A DNA stretch of 64,000 bases from an uncultured delta proteobacterium (GTDB lineage Bacteria > Myxococcota > Myxococcia > Myxococcales > Myxococcaceae). Both the position numbers and the translations under genes were made by a program. The stretch spans positions 64,001-128,000 of the forward strand of contig CAVQKE010000006.1 of the NCBI GenBank assembly GCA_963713045.1, in the 5' to 3' direction. Below are positions 63,373 through 64,000 of the stretch, in pieces (position 1 is the first letter of the stretch; every line of letters begins with the position of its first letter). The notes under the pieces were generated by a model. The model was not told the DNA's origin. It saw only the letters and a program-made list of their open reading frames with translations, and made no database searches.

Positions 63373-63861
63373 CTAGCGCCGCGGGAGCTCGGGCGGCGAG
63401 CCGGGCGCGAGCGTGGGCGTGGGCGCGCCCGTCTTGCCGGCACCCTCCATCTTGCAGGTGCCCTCAAACATCACGCCCTTGTCCATCGACAGCGAGGGCG
63501 CTTCGAGGTTGCCCTTCATCCGTCCGGGGGGATGCAACTCAATCAGCTGCGTGGCACGGACGTTTCCCTCCACCGCGCCGTTGATGATGACGGTGCCGGC
63601 GCTGATTTCAGCGTTGACCCGGGCGCCCTCGCCGATGACGAGCGTGTCCTTGGTAAAAATTTGGCCGGAGAACTTCCCGTCGATGCGGACCTGCCCCTCG
63701 AAGGTCAGCTTCCCTTCGAATTCGCTCCCCTTGCCAAGCAAGGTGTGGACGTCACCGCCGCGAACCACCACGTTTTCCTCCTCACGCTTGAGCACCGGCA
63801 TCGTCCTGTCGTCCCGCTCATCTCTGTCACCCACCCCTTCCCGGGATGGGAAGCGGTTCAC
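63373..63861 (-). CDS. bacM: bactofilin (BacM-like)
   Basis: TLLGKGSEFEGKLTFEGQVRIDG..G..FEG.C.M beta-helix, directly downstream of parB. Alternative start at ATG 63801. Confidence 0.8.
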   Translation of the reverse strand: MNRFPSREGVGDRDERDDRTMPVLKREEENVVVRGGDVHTLLGKGSEFEGKLTFEGQVRIDGKFSGQIFTKDTLVIGEGARVNAEISAGTVIINGAVEGNVRATQLIELHPPGRMKGNLEAPSLSMDKGVMFEGTCKMEGAGKTGAPTPTLAPGSPPELPRR

Positions 63862-64000
63862 CGGCGCAGGATGCGAACAATACGCTCCAGGTCTTCATAC
63901 GAGAAGAAGTCGACGGTGAGGCTTCCCGCCCCACCGCGGTCCTCAAGGTGCACCTTGGTGCCAAGGACCCGTTGCAGCTCCTCCACCAGGGCACGCGCAG
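63858..64000 (-). CDS. parB: ParB chromosome partitioning protein, C-terminal fragment
   Basis: Manual translation ..ALVEELQRVLGTKVHLEDRGGAGSLTVDFFSYEDLERIVRILRR*, the ParB dimerisation domain. Confidence 0.82.
   Translation of the reverse strand, partial: ARALVEELQRVLGTKVHLEDRGGAGSLTVDFFSYEDLERIVRILRR

Overview
High-GC (roughly 70% by eye) core-chromosome segment of a myxobacterium (Myxococcales/Myxococcaceae-like). The assignment rests on an MglA/SofG-type GTPase, an aglRQS-type gliding motor, vegA, and a bactofilin directly downstream of parB, which suggests the right edge is near the origin. Most of the window is housekeeping: hrcA, glnA, hemF, glpK, dapD/E, mreB, nadE, F1 ATP synthase genes, kynA and egtBD. 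One intact IS630 element sits exactly at a stop codon. I saw no rRNA, tRNA, CRISPR array or prophage. The strongest undescribed-looking module is at 46.8-50.4 kb. Two tandem paralogous tiny secreted Lys/Ala/Thr-rich (Asr-like) peptides each carry their own near-consensus sigma54 promoter. They lie divergent from a sensor kinase/bEBP pair, with two 17-bp palindromic enhancer-like sites 32 bp apart in between. Other notable items are a split, divergent F1 operon with a Ser/Thr kinase-PEGA-TonB_C fusion between atpH and atpA, a tandem dynamin-like GTPase pair, several pseudo-signalling proteins, and ChrR-like cupins interleaved with dapD/dapE. All functional calls come from motif recognition by eye; no database searches were run.
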